This document shows, piece by piece, positions 56,038-64,000 of a stretch of 64,000 nt of DNA. Within the stretch, counting starts at the first letter, position 1; each line of letters opens with the position of its first letter. The translations under genes were made by a program, and so were the position numbers. The notes beneath the pieces were generated by a model. The model was not told where the DNA came from. It ran no database searches and saw only the letters and a list, made by a program, of their open reading frames with translations. The DNA is from a virus (Duplodnaviria; Caudoviricetes), in IMG/VR virus record IMGVR_UViG_2597490325_000001, positions 128,001-192,000 of that record. The stretch is one strand, 5' to 3'.

Positions 56038-56057
56038 AGTTAATCTTTTTTTAACAC

Positions 56058-56073
56058 ATATATTATAATTGTG
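56058..56073 (+). promoter_or_regulatory. Early-type promoter
   Basis: ATATATTAT-AATTG-TG. Confidence 0.8.
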
Positions 56074-56104
56074 TATAGTCCTAAAACAATGGAGAAAAAG
56101 TAGA

Positions 56105-58081
56105 ATGGCTTATCAAGGTAATATCCCTGATCATGAATTACATGACCATTCATTCTTAGGTGAAGAACTACTAATCCCTATGGTTAATCATTCGGATGGT
56201 GGTCGTATCAACATGTTCACTCAGCATCAGTCTCAGCTCACTACAATTAATCATGGTGAGCCTCCTTTGGTATTTACTCGCTTTGAAAAACAAATTGGAA
56301 AGTATTCATCTGGTCATCGTGATGTAGATGAAAAAGTTAAGATTAAGCGTATTTTTGAATTCAATGATAATCGTAAATTGATTCTTGTACATTATCCAGC
56401 AAGAAAAGAATATGATATTATTGAGTTTAATAGAGCTGTTAACCTTACTGAGTATTATGGTTATCAATCTATTCTCAATGATGAAGTAGAAGAAGGTGCA
56501 GTTATTGAACCAGATGGTGAAAAACCTTGGATTTTCAGAAACAATATGTTCGATGATGATTTGAATTTATGTTATGGTTTGAATCTCAATGCTGTTTATA
56601 TTCCACTAGAAGGTCTTACTTATGAAGATCCATGTGTAATTTCTGAATCTACTGCTAAAAAATTCTCACATACTGAAGTAAAAGTATATCGAGTAGTACT
56701 CAACCGAAACGACGTTCTCATCAATTTACTTGGTGACAGTGACCATTATATTCCATTCACTAAGATTGGTGAGAAAATTAAAGATGGTATTTTATGTGCT
56801 GTTCGTCGAATTGACTATAGCACTATAGTATCTGATTTTAAAGATAAAGAATTCTGCATCCCTCATCCAAACGATGATACTATCTATAATGGTAATGGTA
56901 CCTTAATGGATATTAAGGTGTACAGTAACATCATTGATGACTCCCTACCTTATAATAAACCAATTTTGGATATTCTGGCTAAGCAATTTGAAGTTTATTC
57001 AGATATCTTAGAAGTATGTACTGAAATTAAAAACTCTGGTAAAAAAGTAACTGATGACTTTAATCATTATTTACAAAAAGCTAGAGACCATTTGTCTATT
57101 AAAGATTCAAATAGTAATATTCCATTCTCTCAGGATAAAAGTACCTTTGAAGGTATTGTAATTGAATTTATTGTAGCCGAAACTAAACCATGTAATCCTG
57201 GAGATAAACTTACAGGACGCTATGGTAATAAGGGGGTTATCTCTCAAATTCGTCCTGATAATGAAATGCCTAAAGTTGAAGGTACAGATATGCATGCTGA
57301 TATCTGTCTAAACTTCTTAGGTGTATGTGGTCGTATGAATATCTCTCAGCTATTTGAGCAAGAATTAAACTTCATTGCTGATAATATTCGTTTTAAATAT
57401 ATTGATGATCCAGAAAATAAATCTAATCTTAAAAAGTTCTTTAAAGACCTTAAGAGTTTCTATGAAATTGCTTCTCCTAAGCTTTTAGAGTACATTGATG
57501 GTTGTGATTTGGATGATATAAAAGAGCTACTTGTTGAATTCATTAAGTATGGTATTCCTATTCATCAACCACCATTCTTTGGTAACGTTAATCATATCGG
57601 TTTAGAAGAATTATATAATCGTTTCCCTACGGAAAAATATAAGTTTGAAGGTATCCAGCAACCTTTAATTATGGGTAAACTGTATTTCGTTAAACTTAAG
57701 CACATGCCTAAAGGTAAATTCTCAGTACGTTCCGCTGAAATGACTAACCTCATGGATGTACCTTTCCGTAATAACGAATCTTATAAGAAACATAGTGCAT
57801 TGTTTAACAGTAATGCTATCAAGTTAGGTGAACAAGAAGCATTTAACCTTAATTTGATTGAAGACCCTGAAACAATTGCTAAGTTCTATAAATCTTATTC
57901 TTCTAGCCGTGTTCGTCGTCAAGACATGCTTCATCAAGCATTCATGGCTAAAAGTCCTGATGATATTGAATCATTTAATGATAATATTGATGAAGAATCT
58001 GGTCGAAGCAACCCTTCTCAAAGCGTAAGAGCCTTGCTTAAAGGTGCAGGTATGACCATCATTGATTCAGATGATGAATAA
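56105..58081 (+). CDS. rpoB: RNA polymerase beta subunit, C-terminal half (probably non-virion RNAP); start moved to ATG 56105
   Basis: LIPMVNHSDGGR, YGLNLNAVY..GLTYEDPCVISES, GDKLTGRYGNKGVIS, GRMNISQLFE, MGKLYFVKLKH, KLGEQE; GGAG RBS at 56091. Confidence 0.95.
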   Translation: MAYQGNIPDHELHDHSFLGEELLIPMVNHSDGGRINMFTQHQSQLTTINHGEPPLVFTRFEKQIGKYSSGHRDVDEKVKIKRIFEFNDNRKLILVHYPARKEYDIIEFNRAVNLTEYYGYQSILNDEVEEGAVIEPDGEKPWIFRNNMFDDDLNLCYGLNLNAVYIPLEGLTYEDPCVISESTAKKFSHTEVKVYRVVLNRNDVLINLLGDSDHYIPFTKIGEKIKDGILCAVRRIDYSTIVSDFKDKEFCIPHPNDDTIYNGNGTLMDIKVYSNIIDDSLPYNKPILDILAKQFEVYSDILEVCTEIKNSGKKVTDDFNHYLQKARDHLSIKDSNSNIPFSQDKSTFEGIVIEFIVAETKPCNPGDKLTGRYGNKGVISQIRPDNEMPKVEGTDMHADICLNFLGVCGRMNISQLFEQELNFIADNIRFKYIDDPENKSNLKKFFKDLKSFYEIASPKLLEYIDGCDLDDIKELLVEFIKYGIPIHQPPFFGNVNHIGLEELYNRFPTEKYKFEGIQQPLIMGKLYFVKLKHMPKGKFSVRSAEMTNLMDVPFRNNESYKKHSALFNSNAIKLGEQEAFNLNLIEDPETIAKFYKSYSSSRVRRQDMLHQAFMAKSPDDIESFNDNIDEESGRSNPSQSVRALLKGAGMTIIDSDDE

Positions 58082-58137
58082 ATAGAATTCGGGTAATAGT
58101 GTAAAAGCTATTACCCGTATCTATCTTATTTTTCTTC

Positions 58138-58153
58138 ATATATTATTAAAATG
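58138..58153 (+). promoter_or_regulatory. Early-type promoter
   Basis: ATATATTAT-TAAAA-TG. Confidence 0.8.
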
Positions 58154-58184
58154 ATAAATAATTTATAACAATAAGGAGTTTATA

Positions 58185-58433
58185 ATGTTGACTATTTATC
58201 ATTTTATCATTAATAAATTAAATTGCCTGTTTTTCGTTCTAGTTTGTTTTGTACTGTTCCTACTCAGTTTTAGTTTATACGATTTCCTTAAACCGCAAAT
58301 TGTCCTGATGCATCCTTTCTTAGCGGTTATTTCAAGTTTTGTTTTAATTGTGTTATATATTGGCTTTACTTTAAGTGCAGCTAAAACAGTTTCCGATTTC
58401 GTTTTATATTTTACTAGAAATAAAAGAAATTAA
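58185..58433 (+). CDS. Small two-TM early membrane protein
   Basis: 82 aa, AAGGAG RBS, two hydrophobic helices, basic C-terminus. Confidence 0.75.
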   Translation: MLTIYHFIINKLNCLFFVLVCFVLFLLSFSLYDFLKPQIVLMHPFLAVISSFVLIVLYIGFTLSAAKTVSDFVLYFTRNKRN

Positions 58434-58504
58434 CAGATCTTTAGTAGTATCCCCCTAAGAAATTCTTAGGGGTTTTATAAATCTTTTTTTTCTGGATAAT
58501 AATT

Positions 58505-59080
58505 ATGAATTGGAAAAAATTTCTTCCTAAAGTGGCTCTTTGGCTGGTGATGGTACCTGTGGACTTTATTATGGTTCTTACGGCCTATCCGATGTCTCCT
58601 ATCATTGCTCTAATCTCTATGATTAAAGGTGAACCTCCTAAATGGGCTTGGTTGTGGCTAACTTATGATAACCCTATTGATGGTGATAGTGGACATCTAA
58701 AACGTTGGGCCGATTATGTGGCTAAGTATCCTAAATGGGGTGTGTATTGCCGTAGAACTGCTTGGCTCTGGCGTAATAAAGTGTACAACTTTGCGTATAC
58801 TTATGAAGGTATCAGTGTAGGTAAGATTGTTGTGGCTTCCGGTAATCCTAATACTGAATCTGGTAAACCTGGTAAAGAAGGTTATATCTGGTTAGTTGAT
58901 GAAAATGGGTATTGGTGTCTATTCCTATTCAAACATTATACTAAAAACCTAGCAGTGCGTATCTATATTGGATGGAAATTTAAAGGTCTGTTAAAAGACC
59001 CTAATGGTAAAATTGAACGTTCAATGTTTGCTAACTTCTTTAGTCCATTTAGAATCTGGACTGGAAGTGACGATAAATAA
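58505..59080 (+). CDS. Trp-rich membrane-anchored phage protein
   Basis: N-terminal hydrophobic stretch; WLTYDNPIDGD, WLWRN, IYIGWK motifs. Confidence 0.7.
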   Translation: MNWKKFLPKVALWLVMVPVDFIMVLTAYPMSPIIALISMIKGEPPKWAWLWLTYDNPIDGDSGHLKRWADYVAKYPKWGVYCRRTAWLWRNKVYNFAYTYEGISVGKIVVASGNPNTESGKPGKEGYIWLVDENGYWCLFLFKHYTKNLAVRIYIGWKFKGLLKDPNGKIERSMFANFFSPFRIWTGSDDK

Positions 59081-59088
59081 ATGAATTT

Positions 59089-59117
59089 AACCCATATCCT
59101 CAAAAGGGATATGGGTT
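59089..59117 (+). terminator. Family hairpin terminator
   Basis: AACCCATATCCT-caaaa-GGGATATGGGTT. Confidence 0.75.
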
Positions 59118-59137
59118 TCTTAATTTCTTTTTTAAAA

Positions 59138-59153
59138 ATATATAATTAAATAG
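59138..59153 (+). promoter_or_regulatory. Early-type promoter variant
   Basis: ATATATAAT-TAAAT-AG. Confidence 0.6.
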
Positions 59154-59178
59154 AATAATCAACTAGTAAGGAAATAAA

Positions 59179-59463
59179 ATGAATATCTATGTAAATGAAT
59201 CAAATGGTGATGTCTACCAGTTAAAACGTAAAACGGCTCATAATGTCCTCTTTGATATTCTTTCAAAAGGTGATAAAAAAGAAGCTACAGTTATTCCTCT
59301 ATTAGCTACTAAGCCTTTAAAAGAAATGTCTGAAAACGATTATGTAATTAAAGTTCTTAAGAAATATGAAAGTAATGCTGAAAGTATCACTGTTAAAGAA
59401 CTTAATACATTACATAATCTAGGGTACCAACGTTTAACTCATGTAATGGATATGGCGATATAA
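59179..59463 (+). CDS. Hypothetical protein
   Basis: 94 aa, AAGGA RBS. Confidence 0.7.
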   Translation: MNIYVNESNGDVYQLKRKTAHNVLFDILSKGDKKEATVIPLLATKPLKEMSENDYVIKVLKKYESNAESITVKELNTLHNLGYQRLTHVMDMAI

Positions 59464-59464
59464 T

Positions 59465-59965
59465 ATGGAAATCAAACGTTCTTCATGGCATTTTATGCTA
59501 AATGATATTTTTTATAGTAATCCTGAAAAATTTAATACTCTGTGCTCTTATTTCTGGAGGACTGTATTTTCTGTATTCATAGTAATTATAGCTTTCTTAG
59601 CAGTTATATCAGCAGGTATGTTATATGGAATAATGCTTACTGACTGGTATATTGATAGTCATCCTAATACTATGATAGCTGATATAAGTTTGATATATCG
59701 TCGCCTAATCCAGATTCCTCTAGGTTTGATTGGAGTGATTATTACATTCTTTACTATAAAGTATTTAGTAGCTGGTTGGATTAAATTTTTAGTAACTCTT
59801 GGTGGATTCTTTAAACTTCTGAGAAAAAGTATAAAGAAACTGACTACTAAGCCTTTAAAAACTACTGTTAGTGAAATTAAGAAAGAACCGTCTTTAATTA
59901 TTGAAATGATTAAAGCTAAAAAGAAAAAGTATTGCCCAACCATAGAGTTTAAAGGTAAAAGATAA
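59465..59965 (+). CDS. Two-TM membrane protein
   Basis: SSWH..LCSYFW N-terminus, two TM helices, KAKKKKYCPTIEF C-terminus. Confidence 0.75.
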   Translation: MEIKRSSWHFMLNDIFYSNPEKFNTLCSYFWRTVFSVFIVIIAFLAVISAGMLYGIMLTDWYIDSHPNTMIADISLIYRRLIQIPLGLIGVIITFFTIKYLVAGWIKFLVTLGGFFKLLRKSIKKLTTKPLKTTVSEIKKEPSLIIEMIKAKKKKYCPTIEFKGKR

Positions 59966-60009
59966 AGATTCCATAACTTTTTATTAGTATTATATCAAAG
60001 GAATTTATA

Positions 60010-60369
60010 ATGTACTATTTTCGTTCTGTTTCAAGTAATCCATTTCATAAAAATAATTTTCTGATTTCTAAGAATGAAGAAACCAATGAATTACTTACTA
60101 TTGAAAATAAAATTGTTAACCCTAAAGAGTCTTTAGAAATGGTTACATTAACTAAGGTCTATCCAAATTTCTTAGCTAATCGTATCTTTAGGAATATTAA
60201 GAATCAAGATCTGTATGAATTTTTAATGATTACAAATATTGATTGTGATGATATCAATAAATGGCCTTTAATGGCTGTTTACACTAATGTAAAATCGGGT
60301 AAAGTTTATTCTCGTCCTTTTGTAGAATTTCTTGAAAAATTTACCTATGAAAAATTCCTGAGAGGTTAA
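60010..60369 (+). CDS. DUF1653-like protein
   Basis: MAVY....GKVYSRPFVEFLEKF motif. Confidence 0.6.
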   Translation: MYYFRSVSSNPFHKNNFLISKNEETNELLTIENKIVNPKESLEMVTLTKVYPNFLANRIFRNIKNQDLYEFLMITNIDCDDINKWPLMAVYTNVKSGKVYSRPFVEFLEKFTYEKFLRG

Positions 60370-60370
60370 A

Positions 60371-62464
60371 ATGGCTGATAAAATCATTGTACGTTATAAG
60401 GATACCCCTTATACTGTAAAAACTCTTTTAGATTTTCTTTCAGAATGTGCCAAAGTATATTATAGTACTGGTAAAAGAAAAATAAGTGATGAAGTTTTTG
60501 ATAAACTTCAACTTGTTTATGAAAAGCATTCTGGTAAAAGACTTCCAGTTGGTGGTAAAGTTGATGTAGGTAATACTCTTAGCTTAAGCCACTCATATGA
60601 GGACTTTGCTGGTACTCTTTTCAAGACTAAATCACCGGAAGAGGTCTACGACTGGATGAGGCGAAAAGGTATCAAACCTTCAAAAGCTGGAGTCCAGATC
60701 GCACTTAGTCTAAAAGCTGACGGTCATTCTATCACGGTAGAAACTAAGTATAACAAGAAAACTAAAGAACAGTATATACATAAAGCTCTTACCCGTGGTA
60801 AAGATGGCGTAGGTAAAGATCTCACTCCTATTTTTAAAGAATACGAACATTTACTTTACCTTCCAGTTATTGATGGAAAAAATTATGCTGTAGGTTATGA
60901 AGCAGTAATGACTTATAGTAATTTTACATTGTTCCATGAACAAGAAAAAGAAACATTTAACAATCCTCGTTCTATCATAGGCGCTATCCTATCAGATAGA
61001 GGTAATCAGTATTTTCCATATATTAATCTCATTGCTCTCAGGATTAAGACTGAAGATGATGAGCTTAGTCGTATTGATGCATTGGAGTATATTAATGAGA
61101 TTAATGAATCTCAGAATGAAGAAATTGATTTCGGTTTTTGGGTGGGTGAATTAACCAATAAAAAGAATAAAGGATATATGCTTGGTGGCGATGATTATAA
61201 GGATTTCAATGAAGCCTTAGAAGATTTCTATCAATGTGTAATTCAAAATCGTGAAGAAATTGATATCATGATTGATGGGGTAGTAATTGAGGTTCTTAAT
61301 GAAGATAAACGTCGTTCATTAGGTTACTCTGATTATGAACCTAACTTTGCAGCGGCTCTTAAATTCCCTCCAGCTGAAAAAGAAACTACCGTCGAAGATG
61401 TTAAATGGTCTGTAGAAGGTAAGTCTGGACGTTACACTCCAGTAGTGCATTTTAAACCAGTTAGTATTGATAATAACTCATACGTTAAAGTATCTCTTGC
61501 TAACTATAAACGGTTTAAGAATCTAAATCTTCATAAAGGTGATTCAATCTTATTTACTAGACGTAATGATGTATTAGGTTATGTTGATAAATTAGATGAA
61601 GATGCACCACCTAAAGGTGAAGCTTTTAAAGCTCCTAAGTTTTGTATTCATTGTGGAGAATCTTTAGCAGTAGTAAGTGCATATTTAGAATGCGTAAATC
61701 CGGCTTGTAAAACTAACGAGCTTGGTAATATTCTCAAGTTTATCGATGTACTCAATCTTAAGTTTATTGGTAGGAAAACGATAGAAAAACTATATGATAA
61801 TAAAATCATTAGTAAGTTCTCTGACTTCTTTGAATTAACTGATAAAGATTTTAAGAAAATTAAGTCCATTGATGGACTTGGAAATCATGTAATTAAGCTT
61901 ATTAATCAGTTAGTAGATAAGCTCAGTAATGAAGAAACTCCCGATTATCTATTCCTTGGGGCGTTCAATATCCCGTTGATCAGAGATGGTCGAGCTGAGA
62001 AGATCTTAAAAGGTATTACCCTTCCAGAGATTATTGATCTTATTGACTCTAAAGATAATGAGGCTATTTACCGAATCCTTTCTAATACTAATAATATTGG
62101 TATTAAGATTGTAGATGAACTGGCTAAAGCTTTAGGGGATGAAGGATATTATCGAAATGAATTAGGTATTCTATATGAGAATATGAATATCATTGATTCA
62201 AAGATTGATCAATCATCTTTAGGTAAAGATTTTGTATCTTTGACTTTCGTTCATACTGGTAGCGCTAAGCCACTGAAAACTAGGGATGAACTTAAACGCA
62301 TTATTTCTAGTAAAGGTCATAATTTAGTAGGAAGTGTTTCCAATAAGACAAACTATCTCATAAATAATGACGTAAATTCCACTACTGATAAGAATAAGAA
62401 AGCTAAAGAGCTTGGTATTCCAATCATTACTGTGGAAGAATTTGTGGCAATGATGAATGGCTAA
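60371..62464 (+). CDS. ligA: NAD-dependent DNA ligase
   Basis: YY..G...ISDEVFD, KADG active-site motif, ALTRGKDG.G, IDGVV, AALKFP, CIHC...C....C Zn finger, HhH, C-terminal BRCT (HTGS..GSVSNKTNYLI..KAKELGIPII). Confidence 0.95.
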   Translation: MADKIIVRYKDTPYTVKTLLDFLSECAKVYYSTGKRKISDEVFDKLQLVYEKHSGKRLPVGGKVDVGNTLSLSHSYEDFAGTLFKTKSPEEVYDWMRRKGIKPSKAGVQIALSLKADGHSITVETKYNKKTKEQYIHKALTRGKDGVGKDLTPIFKEYEHLLYLPVIDGKNYAVGYEAVMTYSNFTLFHEQEKETFNNPRSIIGAILSDRGNQYFPYINLIALRIKTEDDELSRIDALEYINEINESQNEEIDFGFWVGELTNKKNKGYMLGGDDYKDFNEALEDFYQCVIQNREEIDIMIDGVVIEVLNEDKRRSLGYSDYEPNFAAALKFPPAEKETTVEDVKWSVEGKSGRYTPVVHFKPVSIDNNSYVKVSLANYKRFKNLNLHKGDSILFTRRNDVLGYVDKLDEDAPPKGEAFKAPKFCIHCGESLAVVSAYLECVNPACKTNELGNILKFIDVLNLKFIGRKTIEKLYDNKIISKFSDFFELTDKDFKKIKSIDGLGNHVIKLINQLVDKLSNEETPDYLFLGAFNIPLIRDGRAEKILKGITLPEIIDLIDSKDNEAIYRILSNTNNIGIKIVDELAKALGDEGYYRNELGILYENMNIIDSKIDQSSLGKDFVSLTFVHTGSAKPLKTRDELKRIISSKGHNLVGSVSNKTNYLINNDVNSTTDKNKKAKELGIPIITVEEFVAMMNG

Positions 62465-62666
62465 ACTCAGTCAACAGCTCAATCAAATTTTTGTGGACAT
62501 CGAAAAAGGAATCGGTAATAGTCATGTTGTCGATTCCCTAAAATCCGGTATAGACTATGCATACATAGTCGAAGGTAAAAATACTAAGCTTTGGATAGAT
62601 GTAAAATCCTTAGATAGCGGATTTTTAGATGAACTAATCGATTTAAAATTAAGTAATAAACTCTAA
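62457..62666 (+). CDS. Small hypothetical protein
   Basis: 69 aa overlapping the ligase stop. Confidence 0.6.
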   Translation: MAKLSQQLNQIFVDIEKGIGNSHVVDSLKSGIDYAYIVEGKNTKLWIDVKSLDSGFLDELIDLKLSNKL

Positions 62667-62676
62667 GGAAATTGAA

Positions 62677-63009
62677 ATGGAAAATGTAACTAATCTTGTT
62701 CAACTTGCTGGAAATGTAGTAAAAGATCCTAAATTCATCTTTGATGAGAAGAACGATTTTCGTGTTCTGAATTTTACTGTAGTAGTTACTCGTCAGTATG
62801 TTCGTGATGGTCGTTTTGCAAATGATAAATCATTCCATAAAGTCTCTGTTCGTGGTAAGCTTGCAGAAGAATACAAAGACAAGATTAAGAAATCTAGTGG
62901 CGTACAAGTTACTGGATATTTACGTAATCGCAATGTAACTAAAGATGGCGTACGTTATCCAATTACTGAAGTTGCTGTAGAAGAAGCAGGTGGAATTGTC
63001 TGCCTGTAA
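62677..63009 (+). CDS. ssb: Single-stranded DNA-binding protein (OB fold, no acidic tail)
   Basis: NLVQLAGNVVKDP, FHKVSVRGKLAE, VQVTGYLRNR, TEV. Confidence 0.85.
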   Translation: MENVTNLVQLAGNVVKDPKFIFDEKNDFRVLNFTVVVTRQYVRDGRFANDKSFHKVSVRGKLAEEYKDKIKKSSGVQVTGYLRNRNVTKDGVRYPITEVAVEEAGGIVCL

Positions 63010-63015
63010 AAAAAG

Positions 63016-63058
63016 TAAATAAACCCCTATATCCCCTTTTGAGGGATATAGGGAGTTT
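63016..63058. repeat. Bidirectional terminator / dispersed repeat, copy 2
   Basis: TAAATAAACCCCTATATCCCC-tttt-GAGGGATATAGGGAGTTT between convergent genes. Confidence 0.9.
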
Positions 63059-63066
63059 CTTTTTTT

Positions 63067-64000
63067 TTAATTTCTAGTTAAATCTAAGAACAGATTAGCG
63101 ATTTTAAGACCTTCTTTTCCACTTACTGATTCAAAGATAAAATCTTTAATCAAGTTAGAGGAATAAGCGCTACAGATAGTATAACCTAAGAATCCAGATA
63201 GCAATTCAATCATAAAGAGAGATTTTTCACCATACATAGTGATCATCTTTCTAATGAAAGTATTTACATCTAAGTCTTTAACTACAGTATAAGCCTCAGC
63301 TAGACCAGAGAATAGTCTTGGAAGAGATACTAAGTTTTCATCATTAAAACGTGTACCAAACTCAGCAATAGCTGAATCAGCGATACTAGATTGCTGTTTT
63401 GCTACTTGCATTGCAATGGCATTTCTAGTTTCTTTGTTTAGAGGGTGATCTCTCTCAACCACATATGATAAGAAGAACTTAGCGATACTATAGCTAATAG
63501 CTGCCGATTGTACTGGAATAGAAGCAGTAGCATACATACTATCGATTACACGCATAACCATACGAGTATATACTATAGCGGCGTTGGTCAGTAAAGGGGT
63601 AGAATATACAAGTTTATTGTAATTTTCAGCATACTTACGTTGAACGTGAGCATACATTAATACACCAAATACTTCTCTTGGCTGATAGCTACTGAAACTA
63701 TATTTGTCTCTAATCTTGATTTTACCAAACAAGTTAGCGATACCAGTATAGTCTTTACCGTTATTGATAGCCCATCCAGTCAAATTCAGACCTGGAACAT
63801 ACAAACAATCTATATGTCCTGATTCTAAATCATCGAGAATTACCTGCTTACCAGATACACTAATCTTTGACTTAATATCACTTGAGATAAGATTCAGTTG
63901 GTCTTTAGTGAGACGATAGTCTTCAGCCTTAGTCATTGCACCTGTTACTTGAGTAAGCATTCGGTTAGCATTGACGATCTCACCAATATATGTATCTTTT
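63067..64000 (-). CDS. Hypothetical protein, probably 5'-truncated by the window edge
   Basis: The frame stays open upstream of ATG 63960 to the window end (KDTYIGEIVNANR). Confidence 0.7.
   Translation of the reverse strand, partial: KDTYIGEIVNANRMLTQVTGAMTKAEDYRLTKDQLNLISSDIKSKISVSGKQVILDDLESGHIDCLYVPGLNLTGWAINNGKDYTGIANLFGKIKIRDKYSFSSYQPREVFGVLMYAHVQRKYAENYNKLVYSTPLLTNAAIVYTRMVMRVIDSMYATASIPVQSAAISYSIAKFFLSYVVERDHPLNKETRNAIAMQVAKQQSSIADSAIAEFGTRFNDENLVSLPRLFSGLAEAYTVVKDLDVNTFIRKMITMYGEKSLFMIELLSGFLGYTICSAYSSNLIKDFIFESVSGKEGLKIANLFLDLTRN

Noticed and set aside
1780-61869. Many 60-125 aa ORFs antisense to or nested in long genes (e.g. 10821-11132, 11518-11874, 12153-12518, 34790-35095, 38842-39219, 59659-59943)
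   Set aside because: Shadows of real genes on the other strand or frame; no RBS or promoter support
3858-63058. Hairpin family as CRISPR repeats or IS ends
   Set aside because: Copies are single and dispersed with no regular spacers, cas genes or transposase
1-64000. tRNA/rRNA genes, inteins, alternative genetic code, phage-nucleus shell or tubulin genes
   Set aside because: No cloverleaf or intein motifs seen; coding density is high with the standard code; no chimallin or PhuZ motif recognised in this window

Overview
AT-rich (roughly 30% GC by eye) segment of a lytic jumbo myophage of the AR9/PBS1-phiR1-37 type. A spanin pair points to a Gram-negative host. The window holds pieces of two separate multisubunit RNA polymerases (beta-N, two different beta-C chains, one beta'-C), a probable promoter-specificity subunit, a GroEL-like chaperonin, primase, UvsX/RecA, NAD-dependent ligase, SSB, RNase HI, baseplate/tail and internal-head genes, and a Hef-like free-standing endonuclease. 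Two promoter classes can be read directly from the sequence. ATATATWAT-N5-TG (10 copies) precedes early/replication genes. AACA-N6-TAG (12 exact copies plus variants) precedes virion genes and matches the AR9 late promoter, which in AR9 needs uracil-containing DNA. Best leads: (1) an unannotated early-promoter-driven structured RNA with a 31-codon ORF and terminator ahead of the virion RNAP beta'-C gene (35085-35342); (2) a second structured RNA candidate (52326-52423); (3) two -1 frame junctions at CTT-TTT; (4) a terminator/RBS-sequestering hairpin with an internal late promoter controlling the endonuclease; (5) a dispersed palindromic repeat family; (6) a bacterial-type three-gene coiled-coil/DUF6384-like membrane module. 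No tRNA, rRNA, CRISPR array or intron was seen. All family calls are motif-by-eye, not database results.
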